A DNA stretch of 64,000 nt from Malacoraja senta (lineage: Eukaryota), in assembly GCA_038087875.1 (NCBI GenBank), contig CM075989.1, positions 11,968,001 through 12,032,000 of the forward strand. Reading direction: 5' to 3'. A program made the translations under genes and the position numbers. Numbering within the stretch: position 1 is the first letter of the stretch; each line of letters opens with the position of its first letter. Below, one piece after another: positions 1 to 13,890 of this stretch. The notes under the pieces are model-generated. The model saw only the letters and a program-made list of their open reading frames with translations. It had not been told where the DNA came from and made no database searches.

Positions 1-642
1 ATTTTCAAAGTCAGGAGGCAAGAGTCAAGAGTGTTTTATTGACCTATGTACCAAAACGGAACAATGACATTGTTACTCACAGCAGCAGCAGCAGCACAAC
101 AATGATGGTTAGCAAGACCATGGTCAGAAGTGATGGGTGAATGGGATTTTGCATGAGATTGGTTTGGAGCAGCACGGTTTCGGATGTGCTCAGGTATGGT
201 GGGAGATTGGAAGATCAGCAGTGAAATGATCAAACTTGGGAGAATAATTACTCCGCCTCTCTGTCCCTGTGTTTTTTAACTGTCAGAATGGAAACATCAC
301 AGAGTCTCTACATAAAACCACAACTGCCAAAACCAGGCAGGGAGGTGAAGTACAGACCAACTACATACGGTTCCGGCGATCTGATGGACACATCTTTTCT
401 CCCTTTTGTTCATCCCATTGACACTGGGTGCTTCTGAAAGAAACTGTAGTCCTCCCACTGGAAAAGGATTAATGCTAAGGAGCTGCTGTCTTCACCACAT
501 TCACAGCGACATTTGCATTTCAGAGCTCCTGGATACTACTCACAAATGTGTGTTGCAATTAAGATGCAGCGAAAGCAAGCGAGATTCACAATTTGAAACC
601 AATGGTGACTGGGTTGGACCTGACTGTGTGGAGTTAGTATAA

Positions 643-1201
643 AGGCCCTGTCCCACGGGCAGGCGGTTACTGGCGGTGAAGCGCGGTGTCCCCGGATGCG
701 GGGACCGCGCGGCTACCGCGGGAGCGCCACGCGTATGCCGCAGGAGCGCCGCGCGGGGGCCAAGTGATCACCGTACGGCCGGTCCCACGAGCATGCGGCA
801 AGTTCAACCTTACCGGAAGCTGTTGCCGCGCGTATGCCGGGTGATCATCGCACGGCCTGTCCCACGGGCCGACTGCGAATGGACGTCGCGCGGCGTCGGG
901 TGATGACGTCATAGCGCAACGCGCTACGCGATGACGTCGAGACGGCTCGCGGCGTACAGGCGGTGCTCTCGGCGTACAGGTCGGTGCTCGCGGCAAAGAG
1001 GCGGCGGCTGGGCGGCACGCCGAGATTTTTGGACAGTGTCAGTTTTTCTGAGCACCACGCGGTGTCGGGACCAACTACATACGGTTCCGCCGATCTGCGT
1101 GGGACCGACCCCGCGGGCCATGCGCGGTCCTCTGGCGGTCCACGCGCGGTCCCAACTTCCTGCTACACCGCCAGTAACCGCCTGTCCGTGGGACAGGGCC
1201 A
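643..1201. mobile_element. Non-autonomous PIF/Harbinger-like MITE, CpG-rich
   Basis: Terminal inverted repeats GGCCCTGTCCCACGGGCAGGCGGTTACTGGCGGTG (from 644) / CACCGCCAGTAACCGCCTGTCCGTGGGACAGGGCC (to 1200); TAA on both sides (640-642, 1202-1204), the TWA target duplication typical of Harbinger; internal TIR-like copy near 857-870. Confidence 0.85.
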
Positions 1202-1227
1202 TAACACACAGGGAGGCAGAAGGTGAT

Positions 1228-1310
1228 CAATAGACAATAGGCAATAGGTGCAGGAGTAGGCCATCCGCCCTTCGAGCCAGCACCCCCATTCAATGTGATC
1301 ATGGCTGATC
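1228..1310 (-). mobile_element. CR1 LINE 3' tail fragment
   Basis: Reverse complement matches the 3' UTR of the intact CR1 copies at about 59670-59745 and ends in a short (CTATTGT)n-type tail. Confidence 0.8.
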
Positions 1311-1879
1311 AGTGGAACCTCTCCGGGTACGGCATCACTCAGTGCAGGATAGGCCAGGCTGTCCTGGTTTCATTTCATTTGGTCACTATCTCCGTAGAGC
1401 AGGAAAATCCGAGCCAGATTGCCAGGAGCATCGGATCAGAGAGGAGAAAGCAAATCAGGTCACTGGCATTTCCTGCTCACTGCCTGAGGAACTGTATGGC
1501 GAGCGTAGGCTGTGATGCTGTTTGGACCTGACAGAGGCAGGCAGAACATGGAGATGAGCGTGTGCTGATTACTCCACCGGAGTAACTGCCCAAAAATCAA
1601 CAGCAACGGCTCCTGTTTATTCTGGTGATGAGGGCATAGCTGGTAAAGGCAATATTTATTGTCTAGTTCAATTGCTCTTGAGATGAAATTGCCAACTGCT
1701 TCAAGAAACGCAGAAAGGAACCGTGGAGATGCAACAAGCAGTTAGGAAGCAAAGTTGTATGTCATTTCAAAGGAGATGACATGAAAGCCCCCTTACAGAA
1801 CTTTGTTGAGAGCTTCTCTCAAGTCCCACCTACAGGTATGGTGATCGTATCTATGGAGCACTATGGCACCCAAGATGAA

Positions 1880-2690
1880 ATGAAGAATCAATTTTCAATT
1901 GCTTAACACGGAAGAATCAGCATGGTGTAATTGAATTTCTAGGCCACAATTAATTCCTGGGATGAGAAGGTTTTCCTGGGATGAGGGACTGTATAAAATC
2001 GACCTAAGTTTGTAGTTTAGAGGTGAACTCACTGAGATGCACAAGGTACTGAAAGGGACTGAGGGTAAATGCTGTGAAGAACTTTCTTCAGGCTGGAAAG
2101 ACTGGGACCTGCAGGCTCAATCTCAGGGAAAGGGCCAGAGATCAGGAGAAATCACTTCACTAGTCCTGATAGTTGACTACATGAAAGGCAACATCGACTG
2201 ACTCTTGGACACTGGGAATCAGAGAAAGTGGAGATCAGCTGGAAAAGTGACAAATCCACAGGGTCAGTCAGAATCCTCTTGAACGTCATCTAACTGTTCA
2301 CATGATTAAAATGCTTTCTTAAATGGGGTAATAACATTGGTTAATATGCAGCGTCTTACAGAGTTGCAAGACATCCTGAAGCAATTGACAGCCAGGGTAC
2401 ATAGACTGGGGTCAGGTGACCATCCTGAGCAAAGTGGAGTCAGGGATAAGAGGCTGGAGAAGCCGAGGTTCTTCTCCTTACACCAGAGAAGGTATCTTGC
2501 AGAGGTGCTAAAATCAGGAAGGGTCCAGGCAGGTAAATAAAGTGTTCCCAGTAATTGCAGGTCAGAGGGCAGAGATTTAAGGTGATTGGCAAAAAATCTG
2601 AGCACTGGAGGGAAATCTTTTGTTAATTCTTCAGGTGATTGGAATGTGGAAGGCACAGTGCATTGAGATGATGGGCACACATTCAGTGCT
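1880..2690 (+). mobile_element. Degenerate CR1 LINE 3' fragments
   Basis: Decayed similarity to the CR1 RT C-terminus (e.g. DKRLEKPRFFSLHQRR in ORF 2337-2540). Confidence 0.55.
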
Positions 2691-2749
2691 AAACTTGCAC
2701 TCCCCCCCCCCCCCCATGAGAATGAGTATGAATTAATTGAGAATACCAA

Positions 2750-2995
2750 TTGCTGCAGAGTCCCCCTCCAGCAGCACACTGCCATGACTTGGGAACAAAT
2801 TGTTGGTCCTTCACCGTCACTGGGTCTAAATCTCTGGAGTTCCCTTACCAGCACAATGTGTGGCAGCACCTTCACCAGAGGGACTGTAGTGGTTAAAGAA
2901 GGCAGCTAAACCACAACCTCCTAAAGCACAATTTAGGCACGGAGGAAATAAATGCCGAGCCAGCAATGTCATGATAATGAAAAATGAATAAAGAA
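2750..2995 (+). mobile_element. Old CR1/L2-type LINE 3' end
   Basis: Degenerate LINE 3' sequence ending in AATAAA; a related fragment lies at about 40470-40810. Confidence 0.45.
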
Positions 2996-4301
2996 AATAC
3001 TTGAAGGAGGCAAATTTGTCAGGATGTGGGGAGTGAGCAGAAGGAGCAGGGCAATGGGTTTAACTGATGGTCTTTGAAAGAGCTAGCACATATTCAGTGG
3101 GCCAGGTGGCTTCCTCCTATGCAGCACCATTCTACAATACTGTGCAGCAACAAACACTTATGTGCCAGGGCTGCCTGCCCGTATACACAGTCGTCGAGTT
3201 CCTGCCCTCTCTAAAGCTAATATTAGTGTCTGACCGCCAGTGGATGGAGTTGTGGGTAGTGTTCACCTCAGACAGACTCATCACACTCTAGATTGAAAAT
3301 TCCTCAGACTCATTTTTTTCTTTGACCTCTGCAGCTGACAGCTTGTGGTGTGGTTATAAATCTTAGCTACAAAGGTGACAGACAGTTAAACTGTCGCACA
3401 GATTATGCCACTCAAAATCCAATAACGTGAAGCAGCCCTGAACTTTCATGTTTCACTGTGGATCAGAGGCAGTGGCAACCTGCATATGCATAGAATGTAC
3501 AGCACAGAGACTGAGCATTTGGCCCATCTGCTCTCTGCTGGTCTTTCTGTTTCACACTAGCCTCTTCCAACGAGGTATTTATCCATACAAATCCACCTCT
3601 ACTATTGGCATTAAGCACTCCATGTGGAACCCACATTTTCCCAGCTCCCCAGGTGAAAAAGTTTCTCCTGAATCACTGATGAGTTTATTAAAGACTCCCT
3701 GTCTATAGCTCGTGGTTCTGGTCTCTGCCATGACTGGAACTATCTTCTCCACATCTGCCCTGACAAAGGCTTTCATAATTTGACAGCCTGGATCTCTCTG
3801 TTCCAGGGCTTAGGTTGGTGCTGAAGAGCCTGTGGCATATTTTGGAGAGCTCCACCTAACAATATCCCCCCCCCCCCCCCCAGATCACTAGAGTTCATTC
3901 CCTTTGAGTGCTTTTGGGGATCTTGAGTGTGCCCAATAGGTGGATTTTGTCCATGGAACCACGTTCTCTTTACTCTCTAGGGAAAGTACTTTCCCTAGAA
4001 CTTCCTACTGGATTTGCCAGCGTTTGATATGTACCGGAGGAAGATCTTGGGGTGTTGAAGTTCAGCTGATACTGAAAGGAAGTGAAAGCACAAGAGATTG
4101 CAGATGCTGGAATCTTGAACAAAAAACTCACACAACAAGGAACCCAAGGAGTCAGACAGCATTTATGAAATTGAACCCTCTTGAGTTTTCCTATTCCATG
4201 AAATGTAACAGCTTTTCCTTCACAAGCTGAACAGTCCAATCACCGATGGTGGAAACATTCCAATGGACACAGCCATCTCCAGCTCTCATCCACATTGAAA
4301 C

Positions 4302-4934
4302 AGTAAGTAAGTAAGTAAGTAAGTAAGTTTATTGGCCAAGTACTCACATACAAGGAATTTGCCTTGGTGCTCCGCCAACAAGTAACAACATGACATACAG
4401 TGACAGTTACGAATGACTCAGAAAACACTAAACATTAATAATAATAAAACATTAATGATAAAACACCATTGATCAAGCATGTGAACCAACAAAATACCAG
4501 ATCAAAGGGAGGCTACAGATTTTTGGCTGTTGAGTAGAGCAACTACTCGTGGATAAAAACTGATTTTATGTCTGGCTGTGGCAGCTTTGACAGTCCGAAG
4601 TCGCCTTCCAGAGGGAAGTGATTCAAAGAGTTTGTGGCCAGAGTGAGAGGGGTCAGAGATGATCTTGCCCACTCGCTTCCTGGCCCTTGCAATGTACAGT
4701 TCATCAATGGAGGGAAGGCTGCAGCCAATAATCTTCTCTGCTGATCGGACGATTCGCTGCAGCCTCCAGGTGTCGTGCTTGGTGGCTGAGCCAAACCAGA
4801 CCATGATGGAGAAGGTGAGAACAGACTCTACGATGGCCATGTAGAATTGGACCATCATTGCCTGTGGCAGATTGTGCTTCCTCAGCTGCCGCAGGAAGTA
4901 CATCCTCTGTTGTGCCTTTTTGACTGTGGAGTCT
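4302..4934 (-). mobile_element. Rex1/Babar-like LINE, 5'-truncated, (TTAC)n tail
   Basis: ORF 4502-4903 (YFLRQLRK...IVESVLTFSIMVWFG...DPSHSGHKLFESLPSGRRLR) is the typical Rex1/Babar RT C-terminal region; microsatellite tail at 4302-4326. Confidence 0.9.
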
Positions 4935-5319
4935 TGCCGTTACAAGTGGCAAAGTGAGAGGCAGTGATACAGGACACATAAGAAATGGGAGTTCATAGGA
5001 AAGTTTGATTGGAGTTACAAATTATTTTGCTCAATAATTGATGACATTGTGACTCTGTCATAAACTCGGAGAGGGCAACATATGAAGTAGGACCTGAAGA
5101 GGCCACTCGGCCCCTCAAGCCTGCTGCACATTTAGTATGATGGACTGTAATACGCAGAGACCACTGACAACTGTAAGCACAATGAAAGAAACAAAGCAAT
5201 CTCAATGCAGAACAAGCTTAAGAATAAAGATTATGGTGGATTAATGGATGAATAGTTAACGTTGGTGCTTTATAATTTTATCTCATGGAGGTGTGAGAAG
5301 CATAACGTATCTCTGATTC

Positions 5320-5571
5320 AGGCCGCTGAGGAACCACATTTCATACAAGAGGAGTGGAAATCAGGAACTTGCTCCTCAATGGTCAAAGACGCAGAGGTCC
5401 ATTGAATCTTTCAAGACTGAGATCAGTAGCTTTTCTGTTGGGTATCAATGCATCAAGGGACATGGAGTAAAGCAGGGGAACAGATCAGCCATGATCATAT
5501 TGAATGGCGGTGCTGGCTCGAAGGGCCGAATGGCCTACTCCTGCACCTATTTTCTATGTTTCTATGTTTCT
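5320..5571 (+). mobile_element. CR1 3' end with (TTTCTATG)n tail
   Basis: 5483-5570 is nearly identical to the CR1 3' UTR at 59674-59750. Confidence 0.8.
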
Positions 5572-6054
5572 AAACCTCTCTAGCTCTCTCTACTTCACTC
5601 TCCTCTCCCGAACAATTATTTGTTTCTGAGTATTAAGAGAACAGCGGCTTTGATCCTTCGTGATAGAAACCATGAAACTGGGCATTTATATAGCACCTGC
5701 AATAAAATATCTCTTATGCTTTTCAGCCTGAAGTTGACTCCAAGCAACATAGAATAATGGAATTGCAAAATGATTGCGTGCAGGAGGCCATTTGGCCAAT
5801 CAACTCTGTGCCAACTATGTTTAGAAAGGTCTGATGTTACATTTGAACCTGCCTCTACCACTGCCCTGACCACAATCATTCGATACACACAAATGTTTCC
5901 TCGCATTACCTTTGCTTTTTGGCAATCGGTTCATTCTATGTCTCCTTATTCTTGTCTCTTCACCAATGGGAACATCCTCACTATCTATTCGGTCTATAGC
6001 CTTTATGGTTTTAACCACCTCCCCTCGGCCATTCTAAGAGAGCCATCACAGCTT

Positions 6055-6852
6055 CCACATTCTCTCAATGTCAGCAAGACAAAGGAGATTGTGATCGACT
6101 TCAAGAAGTGAAGAGGTACACATATTCTGGTATACATTGGTGGTGCCAAAGTGGGAATGGTTGAAAGCTTCAAGATCCCAGGAGTAAATATCACCAACAA
6201 CCTGTCCTGGACGAACCATATCGAAGCAATGGCCAAGAAAACACACAAAAGCTTCGACTTCCTTTGAAGGCTTACGAACTTTGGCAAGTCCTCAGCAACT
6301 CTCACCAACCTCTACAGATTCACCATAGAAGGCATTTTATCGGGATGCATCACAGCATGGTTTGGGAAAAGCTCCATCCGAGACTGCAAGAAATTGCAGA
6401 GAATTATTGCGTGATGGTTGCCCAGACCATCACGCAAACCAACTATCCTTCCATCGACTCCATCTACATGTCACGCTCCCTCGGCATGGCCACCAGCATA
6501 ATCAAGGACGAGTCTCACCCTACACATTTTCTCTTCTCTCCTCTCCCATCAGGCAAGAGATACAGTAGTTTGAAAACACATACCTCCAGATTCAGGGACA
6601 GTTTCTTCCGATGTTATCACCTGCTAGAGAGCGGTCTTGACCTAACAACAATCTCATTGGAGCCCCTCGGATTATCTTTAGTCGGTCTACAGAACTTTAT
6701 CTTGCACTAAATATTATTTCCTTTATCATGTATCTGTACACTGTAGACGGCTTGATTGTAATCATGCATAGTATTTTCGCAGACTGGATAGCATGCAACA
6801 AAAACGTTTTTCACTGTACCTCGGTACACGCGACAATAAACTAAACTAAACT
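6055..6852 (+). mobile_element. Rex1/Babar-like LINE fragment
   Basis: LNVSKTKEIVIDFKK and IIKDESHPTHFLFSPLPSGKRY motifs with frameshifts; AATAAA followed by a (CTAAA)n tail. Confidence 0.85.
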
Positions 6853-8689
6853 ATCCACATAACTAAAATCTCTCATCCGAGAATCAGTTTTGTAAATCGC
6901 TTCAGCACTCTCTTCGACGCCTTTATACCTTTCCTAAGGTGTAGCGCCCAGAATTAGATACAACACTCAGTAAGCAGCCCTGGAAATATTAAGAGAGTAA
7001 AGAGATATTGGACTCTGACCAAAGGTTTGATTAAGGGCAAATAATTCATCAAGAGATTTGAAAAGAAGAGCTGAGAAACTTCAACTATAATTTCTAGTTC
7101 CTAATCATCTAAAAATATGCTCACTGCCCCCACTGATTGAAAGTAAATAAAACTGAGGCTGGAGATTTCTGTGTCAGGGTGGATCGTATTAACAGTGTTA
7201 AATGAGACCAACAGCAGAATAATTCATAGATTCAACTGAAATGTCTGTGCTTTAGGGGGGTGAGGAGCTCTTGTAGAATGCCCACACAATGACAGGTGCA
7301 ATGGATCACTTCTCGTAATTAGCTCTGAGGCACTCAGACAGATATTCCCGCCTTCAGTCACACAACTCTACTCCTCCTTAATATTTCTACAATTCAAAAT
7401 AAATACCAGCATTAAAAATCTATCTCGGTGGGATGTATGGTGAATATTGCTCGCTCCAAATACTGAATAGGAACTGGGATACGAATGTGACTGTAAACTA
7501 CAGTGGGATTCCAGAGAACTCTCTGAGCCTCACTTTGTAATGTCCAGCCCATGCCTTTACCTACCTTGGGCTGCTTGCATGTCGATTCATTTGCTACCGG
7601 TCGGCTTCTTGGCTATGGCGCAGTCTGACGAAACGAAGGTGAACAGAGAGAATAATCACAAATAAATCCTGACGGTAAATTCAGGAGAAAATATGGAGCT
7701 TACTCCCATGGAGAGAGGCTGATAGGAACGGTAGGTTTAATTTAAGGGAAAGTGGCATAACTATATGAGTGAGAAAGGAACAGAGGGATATAGAGATGAG
7801 GAAGAGAGAGGGGAGGAGCTTATTTGGAGGGTAAATATCAGCCCGAATGGCCTGTTTCTCCGATACAAACTTGGATTAATTGAAATACTGAACATTCAGC
7901 ATGTCGAGGAGCATCAATGGAAAGAGAAACCTGACCAGCTTAGTGTTTCCAGCATTTTTAGTTCTTATTTCAGATTTCCAGCATCTGCAGTTTTTTGACT
8001 TTCTAATACAAACCATCATTGTTGCTTCCAGCATAATGTCGACAGCTGGCTCTTATAATGTGACCGTTTTCAGTACTGAGACAGTATCAGGGAATACCTA
8101 GTGACAGCAGATTGATGTCTGTGACTTTAATCTTTATTTCTCTCGGGAGTGAAGCAGTGGGAAGGAAGGATAGCACCCGATCTGTGTCAATCTGTGTCCC
8201 ATGGATCCAGTGGAATACAGATGTTTTCTGCAAGCTGCAGCTTGCTCGGGCATGACGGATATTAGATAAATAGCCTGGAGATTTTGTTGATTATCTCTGG
8301 GGCTAGGGGAGAGATCTCCTGGAGTTTCACCTACCTACTGATGTGAGCTATGTATGGTCTCTTCCCCCTCCCTACCCTACCCCCCCCCCCACCCCCCGAG
8401 AGATTCAGTAACTCAGAGAGTTGTGCAGGAGGAACAGTCTGGCTTTATCTCTGCTATCAGCCGTGCTCCAAGAGTTTGTCATTGACGGGTTACACAGGTG
8501 CTTCACAGAAACTGGAAGCTGGTGTGTCTTGCTCCCCAAACACTTTGAAACCTGAGTGAGAGGGCGGCAGTGAAGACTAAGAGAGTGGCAGCTGATGATT
8601 GAGGATACAAAGAGTCTGTTTCCGTTGTAACTTCCAGTAGCCTTTGCTTTAGGCTGCAGACTGTTGTCATGTAGGTGATCCAGCAGCCA

Positions 8690-9030
8690 CTTTGTGGTCA
8701 GCAAACTCCCACAATTGGCACTAAAACATGCCCAAAATGTACAGGGAAATGCTAGTTGATTGTAATGGTGGACAGAAAATCAGCTTTCAGGGATCAACTG
8801 TAGCCATCAGGAATAATGCCCTGATCATCTTCAAAATAGCACCAGGATCTTTCATATCCATTTGAGAGAGTATAAAACCTGCCTCAATTAATCTCTGACC
8901 TGAAAGACAGCAGCTTCTGCACTGCAGGATTCTCCATGTGTCAGCTGAGATTTTGTGCTCACTTCCTGGCATGGACTTGAACCTACAACCTTGTGACTCA
9001 GCAGCGGCAACTAAAACCATGTGATTGATC
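8690..9030 (-). mobile_element. Degenerate Deu-domain (SacSINE1/AmnSINE-like) SINE
   Basis: Recognisable decayed Deu-type core and reverse tRNA-like B box (ggacttgaacc); similar remnants near 19830-20050 and 37700-38070. Confidence 0.45.
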
Positions 9031-9127
9031 GGGTGCGGAGGCAGCAAATAGAGTTAAGATGCACGTGTGAGCTAATTAAATGGTAGAACTTACTTCAGAG
9101 GCTGAGTCAAGTCAGGTTTATTGTTAA

Positions 9128-9365
9128 TAGACACAAAATGCCGGACTAACTCAGCGGGTCATGCAGCATCTCTGGAAAAAAGGAATAGGTGACGCTTCGG
9201 GTCGGTACCCTATTTCAGACTTTGAAGAAGGGTTCCAACCCGAAGCTTTGAAGAAGGTTTCCGACCCGAAGTGTCATCTATTCCTTTTCTTCAGAGACGC
9301 TGCCTGACCCGTTGAGTTGCTCTAGCATTTTGTGTCTATCTTCGGTATAAACAGCAGCTGCAGCA
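9128..9365. mobile_element. Penelope-derived short element, inverted pair
   Basis: Two opposed copies of the (CTGAAGAAGGG..CCCGAAACGTCACC..CAGAGATGCTGCCTGACCCGCTGAGTTACTCCAGCA) unit forming an imperfect palindrome. Confidence 0.75.
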
Positions 9366-9369
9366 ACAC

Positions 9370-9690
9370 AAGTTTATTGTCACATGGACAACTACGGTGA
9401 AGCATAGGTACCAATGAAAATCTTTTAGCAGCATCACAGGCACTCAGACTCAGAAAACACAGAAGATAAATTAAGTCAACATAAATTATACAAGACAGTG
9501 AAAAGAAATCAGAACACAATTAGAAAACATTTCTGAGGGCGGACTCCGCTTGTGCAGGTTGGTTCATGAATCTGATGGTTGTAGGAAAGTATTGTAGCTA
9601 TTCCAGGGACATCAGGCTTCTGCAACTCCTGCACAATGGTAACAGTGAGATGAGTGCATGGCCTGATGTTGGGGGATCCTGATCCCAGTG
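9370..9690 (-). mobile_element. Degenerate Rex1-like LINE 3' fragment
   Basis: Reversed AATAAA/tail region and decayed RT C-terminus. Confidence 0.55.
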
Positions 9691-10322
9691 TTGTTTTAGA
9701 AGAAGAAGGTAATTTCTTTCTGGGACTAAGCTCTATTTTGTACAGTTGGTCAGGCAGGTATGACTCCACTGGACACTGAGGTTCGCCACTCTTCCGTACC
9801 TCCACACTTCATTGGAAACACTCCCAAATTCTTCCTACAGGAGCTTTCTGACTGCCCAGGTCCTCTCTGTGAGTTCTCACTGACCTGTGCTGTCCTCACT
9901 CAGCTCCTGGCCACTGCTGCAAAGATTACTGGGAAGATCCTCGCGCAGAATCGGGCACAAGCATCGATTCATCATTCACTGCGTGGTTTTATTAGTTTAC
10001 AATTGATTTCTGATTGCAAGCCAACTGCAGGAATGTTAATTTGTAGCTTTTGTCTTGACAGAAGAAGAATGAGTAAATGGAATTGCTGAAGTAAGACAGA
10101 CTTTAAAGTGATGGCTAATTCACACAATGAATCTAACTACAAGTTCTTCCCATAATTAGTTGGTAACATGCAAACCACACATCCATTTCAGCGGCAGGAG
10201 ACTGGTTAGAATAGCAGGGGCTAGCAGAAGCAAATATGGAGGAACGCCATAAAGATTAGACTACTGCCTGAGAAAGTTATGAGTGGTCCCAAGCAGGGGA
10301 CCTCAAACGGGCCATATAACTG

Positions 10323-10830
10323 GAGACACAAGAGACTGCAGATGCTTGGATCTTAAGCAATGAGCAAGCTGCTGGAGGAACCATGTGACCGGGCAGCATC
10401 TGTGGATGGAAATGGACAGAAACCAAGGCTGGAGGTGATGTGGTGAAGCCAAAAGAGTTCAGAGGTAGGGAATGAGATGCAGACCCAGAGGGAGGAACAG
10501 TCGCGGAAGAGAATAGTGTGCGTGTGGGGGGGGGGGGGGGGGGGGGGGAGAAGGTAAATAGGGCACCTGGAATAGGGAGTGGGTGGAAGATGAGCAGATG
10601 GAGGAAGGGAACAGAACTGGGTGACAGGGATTGGGGAGCGGAAAGGAAGGTGTGCGCTGAGTGGTTGGGGGAAGAAACTGGGTAGATGAGGAGTGGGGGG
10701 GGGGGGGGGGGAAACAACACTCAGGGTTACCCCAGGAGAATTCAATGTTCCTGCGGTTAGATTTCAAGCTACCCAAGCTGAATATTCCCTCCACGGAGTT
10801 CCTCCAGTAGTTTGTTCTTTGTTCCACACA
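10323..10830 (-). mobile_element. Penelope-like element 3' end with GIY-YIG C-terminal remnant
   Basis: Minus-strand translation IFSLGSLKSNRRNIEFS (about 10735-10785) resembles the conserved IFxLGxLxPxGxNIEFS end of Penelope ORFs; followed by a pyrimidine/poly-C UTR and the same terminal unit as the short copies; short inverted piece at about 10785-10830. Confidence 0.75.
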
Positions 10831-13800
10831 AACTCCCACAACAGATTATCCAGCCAAAGCCTCATTTTCAGAAGTGTAGTGTGTACTCTTCTACACTGGT
10901 CCCACCTGCCTACATTTGGCCCATATCTCTCTAAACTTATCCTATCCATGTACCCGTCCAAATATGTCATAAATGTTGTGATAAAACCTGCCTCAACCAC
11001 CTCACTGATTACTGCAGTGTTGTTCAGTTGCTTTGAGTAATTACTGTGTAGGTGACAAGTGGTGCCGGGAACGACACCTTGCGCCAGCGCCAATAGGAAG
11101 ATGTAACATCGTAGTTGATATCCACTGGCCTTGAACAGAAGCAAAGCCAACAGCCTGAAACATTAACTCTATTGCTCCCTCCATTGGTGATGCCTGACCT
11201 GGTGATCTCCAAAATTCTTTGGTTTTATTTCAGATTTTTGACAACTGCAGCAATACGTGTGGATCTGGGACACAGGTTCAGGACTCACTGGGCCAGCATG
11301 GGAATTTGATTTCAAGTGAGTAACTAAGTATGGGATTTAAAAGAGCCATTGGTGCATCGGGTTATAAAGCATGGAAAAAGGCCCTTCGGCCCAACTTGTC
11401 TATGTTGACTTAGGTACCCAAATACAGTGGTGCCATTTGCCCACATTTGACCCATATCCCCCCAAATCTTTCCGATCCATGTAACTATCCAAAGCCTTCT
11501 AAGCATTGTAGTTGTACACGCATGTTATATAAGAACTAGAAATCAGTACATGAAACTACCAGATTACTGCTCGAACTGGCCTGATTCCCCAGTGGAGCAG
11601 AGTCGATACCCGGCTTGTGCATAACTCCCAGCCCACCAACGCTTATCGTTAACTTCCTTGCAATGTGGCCTGACAACTCAGCTCTGGGGACACTTGGGCA
11701 TAGACCACAAGTGATAACCTACTCCCTAGGAATGTTCATATTAACCCAGCCCTTGGCAAGAGGCAAGGAACCTTGGGCTAATTGCTGTGGAGTTGCTGCA
11801 GGTGAGCAGCCAATGTCAAGACACTCTCCTCTTACCCGCATCAAGTGATCTCCCACTCTGCGGAGTTTAGCCGATCCAGAGGCTGAGGGGCAGCTGGTCA
11901 AAGTGTTTTACATTACATCTGGATCATCAGCAGGAACGAGGGGTGGGGAGGATGAGGAGATGGAGAGATGATTTTACGTATGGCTCCGCCAGAACCGGGG
12001 GAGTAAATAATGAGAGCAACAAATAAATCCAGTGGGGAAATTGGGACGAGCCTCTGTCGTGAAAGTGGGGCAGTGGGTGAGGCAAATAATGGAGAGTGGT
12101 TTAAGAGGAGGCTGGATAAAGACACGAGGGGGGAAAGCACGAGGAGGAGATGGGAATAGGAGCAGATGCAGAGGGAAGAGAAGGAGATTGGTGTGTAGAA
12201 GCACTAGCATGAACCAGATAGGCTGAATGGACTGGATAGACGCCATAGCTCTATGTGGTAACACGAATTAAGATAAATATTCAAACAAATCCCACTTAAA
12301 TATTTTGTCTAAAGCAGGCTGTTGAGAGATAACCTGCAGACTGAGTAAGAGTGACACATGTGGAGTCTCGAACACCACAGGGTGTCTGATGTCTTTGTCC
12401 TTTAAATCAGTCCACATTAAAAACACTGGTTTACTGGAAAACAAATTGCACAGTTCTATTCATCATGTCACACACCAGATAAATAGGAAAAGAGCGCAGT
12501 GAGTGCACATTCTGCTCTTGCGATAGATACACTGTGGGCTCTGCAGGTGATTGGAATGATTGGTACCTGGCAGTGAATTACAAGGATAGCCTGGTGGCAG
12601 ATCATGGACCCTGAGGTGCTGCAAGAGGTTCATCAGCTGTCAGCCAGTGACTGCAGCAGAGCCGACACAAAGGAAGTTCAGCTGAGGGCTCGTCTGACCC
12701 ATCAGCAGGAAATAGTGGCAGGAAAATCAACCCAGAGAGATTGCTGAACTGATGGCTCCACAATGGACTTAGGTCCTACCCTGCCATTGTGAACCAGAGA
12801 CTGATACAGGATCTTGACCTGAACCATTAACCATCCCATTGCTCCACAGATGCTGCTCGACCTGCTGAGTTTGCCCAGCTGTTTATTTTTTGCTCCTACT
12901 TCTAGCACCTGCAGTCTCTTGCATCCACTGCCTGGAAGGGTGGTGTGGGCAGCTTCAACTTTCTCAAGAGGGCAAAATAAGGGAGGGATAAAAGCGGGAA
13001 TTTCCGGTGCCAGCAGAGCAGAATGGGCTGAATGGCCAGCTTCTGGGTCAGTGCTCCCTGAGAACCTCTATAGTTCCTGCTGTTCACCACCAAAATTTTT
13101 AACCCAGATCAAATCACGTCCTTCCGCAGAGTAGTCAACCAGCTCTCAGCCCTCACCCCTCTAATGGGGTTACCTGATCCTGTGCTCTGATCAATCTCGT
13201 GGATCCAAATTGCCACAAAATAAAATTCAATTACAGTTTGAACAACGGGGTTGCACGGTTTTTGCAGTTACCATGGTAATAGTTTGTTCTATTAATATAA
13301 CTGGCAATAAATAGATTTTCTTAAACAATTAATGTAGGGAATTATCATTTCCTCAGCAGTGAGCAGACTGGATTGTAGTGCTGACTGTGTTGTGGGCCTG
13401 GAGTAAGCTCCATGAGTGTCTGGTGTCTGTGTCACTGCAGTGGATATTTCTGGACAGAGGCATCCCCGGCACAGCAGGGAGGAGTGAAGCCACCTCACCA
13501 TCTCAGCCCCACCTCAAACTGGGCCGAGCCAAAGGAGTTGCAAATCTGGTGCTGACCCACCCTCGCACTACCACCATTGGTCATTCCACATGCTCATCAT
13601 TGTGATGTCCTAACTTTCCGTGGCTGGTTTGAAAAGAAGAGTCATTACACATCATCATTCTAAAATTAATAGCCAAAGTATGGCACAGTAATTCTACCGC
13701 AACATTGAGGGTTCACAGAAGCAGTCACAGTAATACAAACATACAAATCAGTTGCAGGATAAGCCACTTGGCCTCTCCACAGCAAGAAAGTTCCAAGGAC

Positions 13801-13890
13801 CATCATCTCTGTCTTAAATGGTCGCCCTTATCTTTTTAAACAGTAACCAACCCCCCACCCCCCAGTTCTAGATTTTTCCACAGAAGGAAA

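Noticed and set aside
667..1233. Overlapping Arg/Ala-rich ORFs and CpG-island appearance
   Set aside because: Lies within the TIR-bounded MITE; high GC suppresses stop codons
10277..10745. Proline-rich ORFs and long G runs
   Set aside because: Poly-C tracts in the Penelope 3' UTR; homopolymer lengths may also be unreliable
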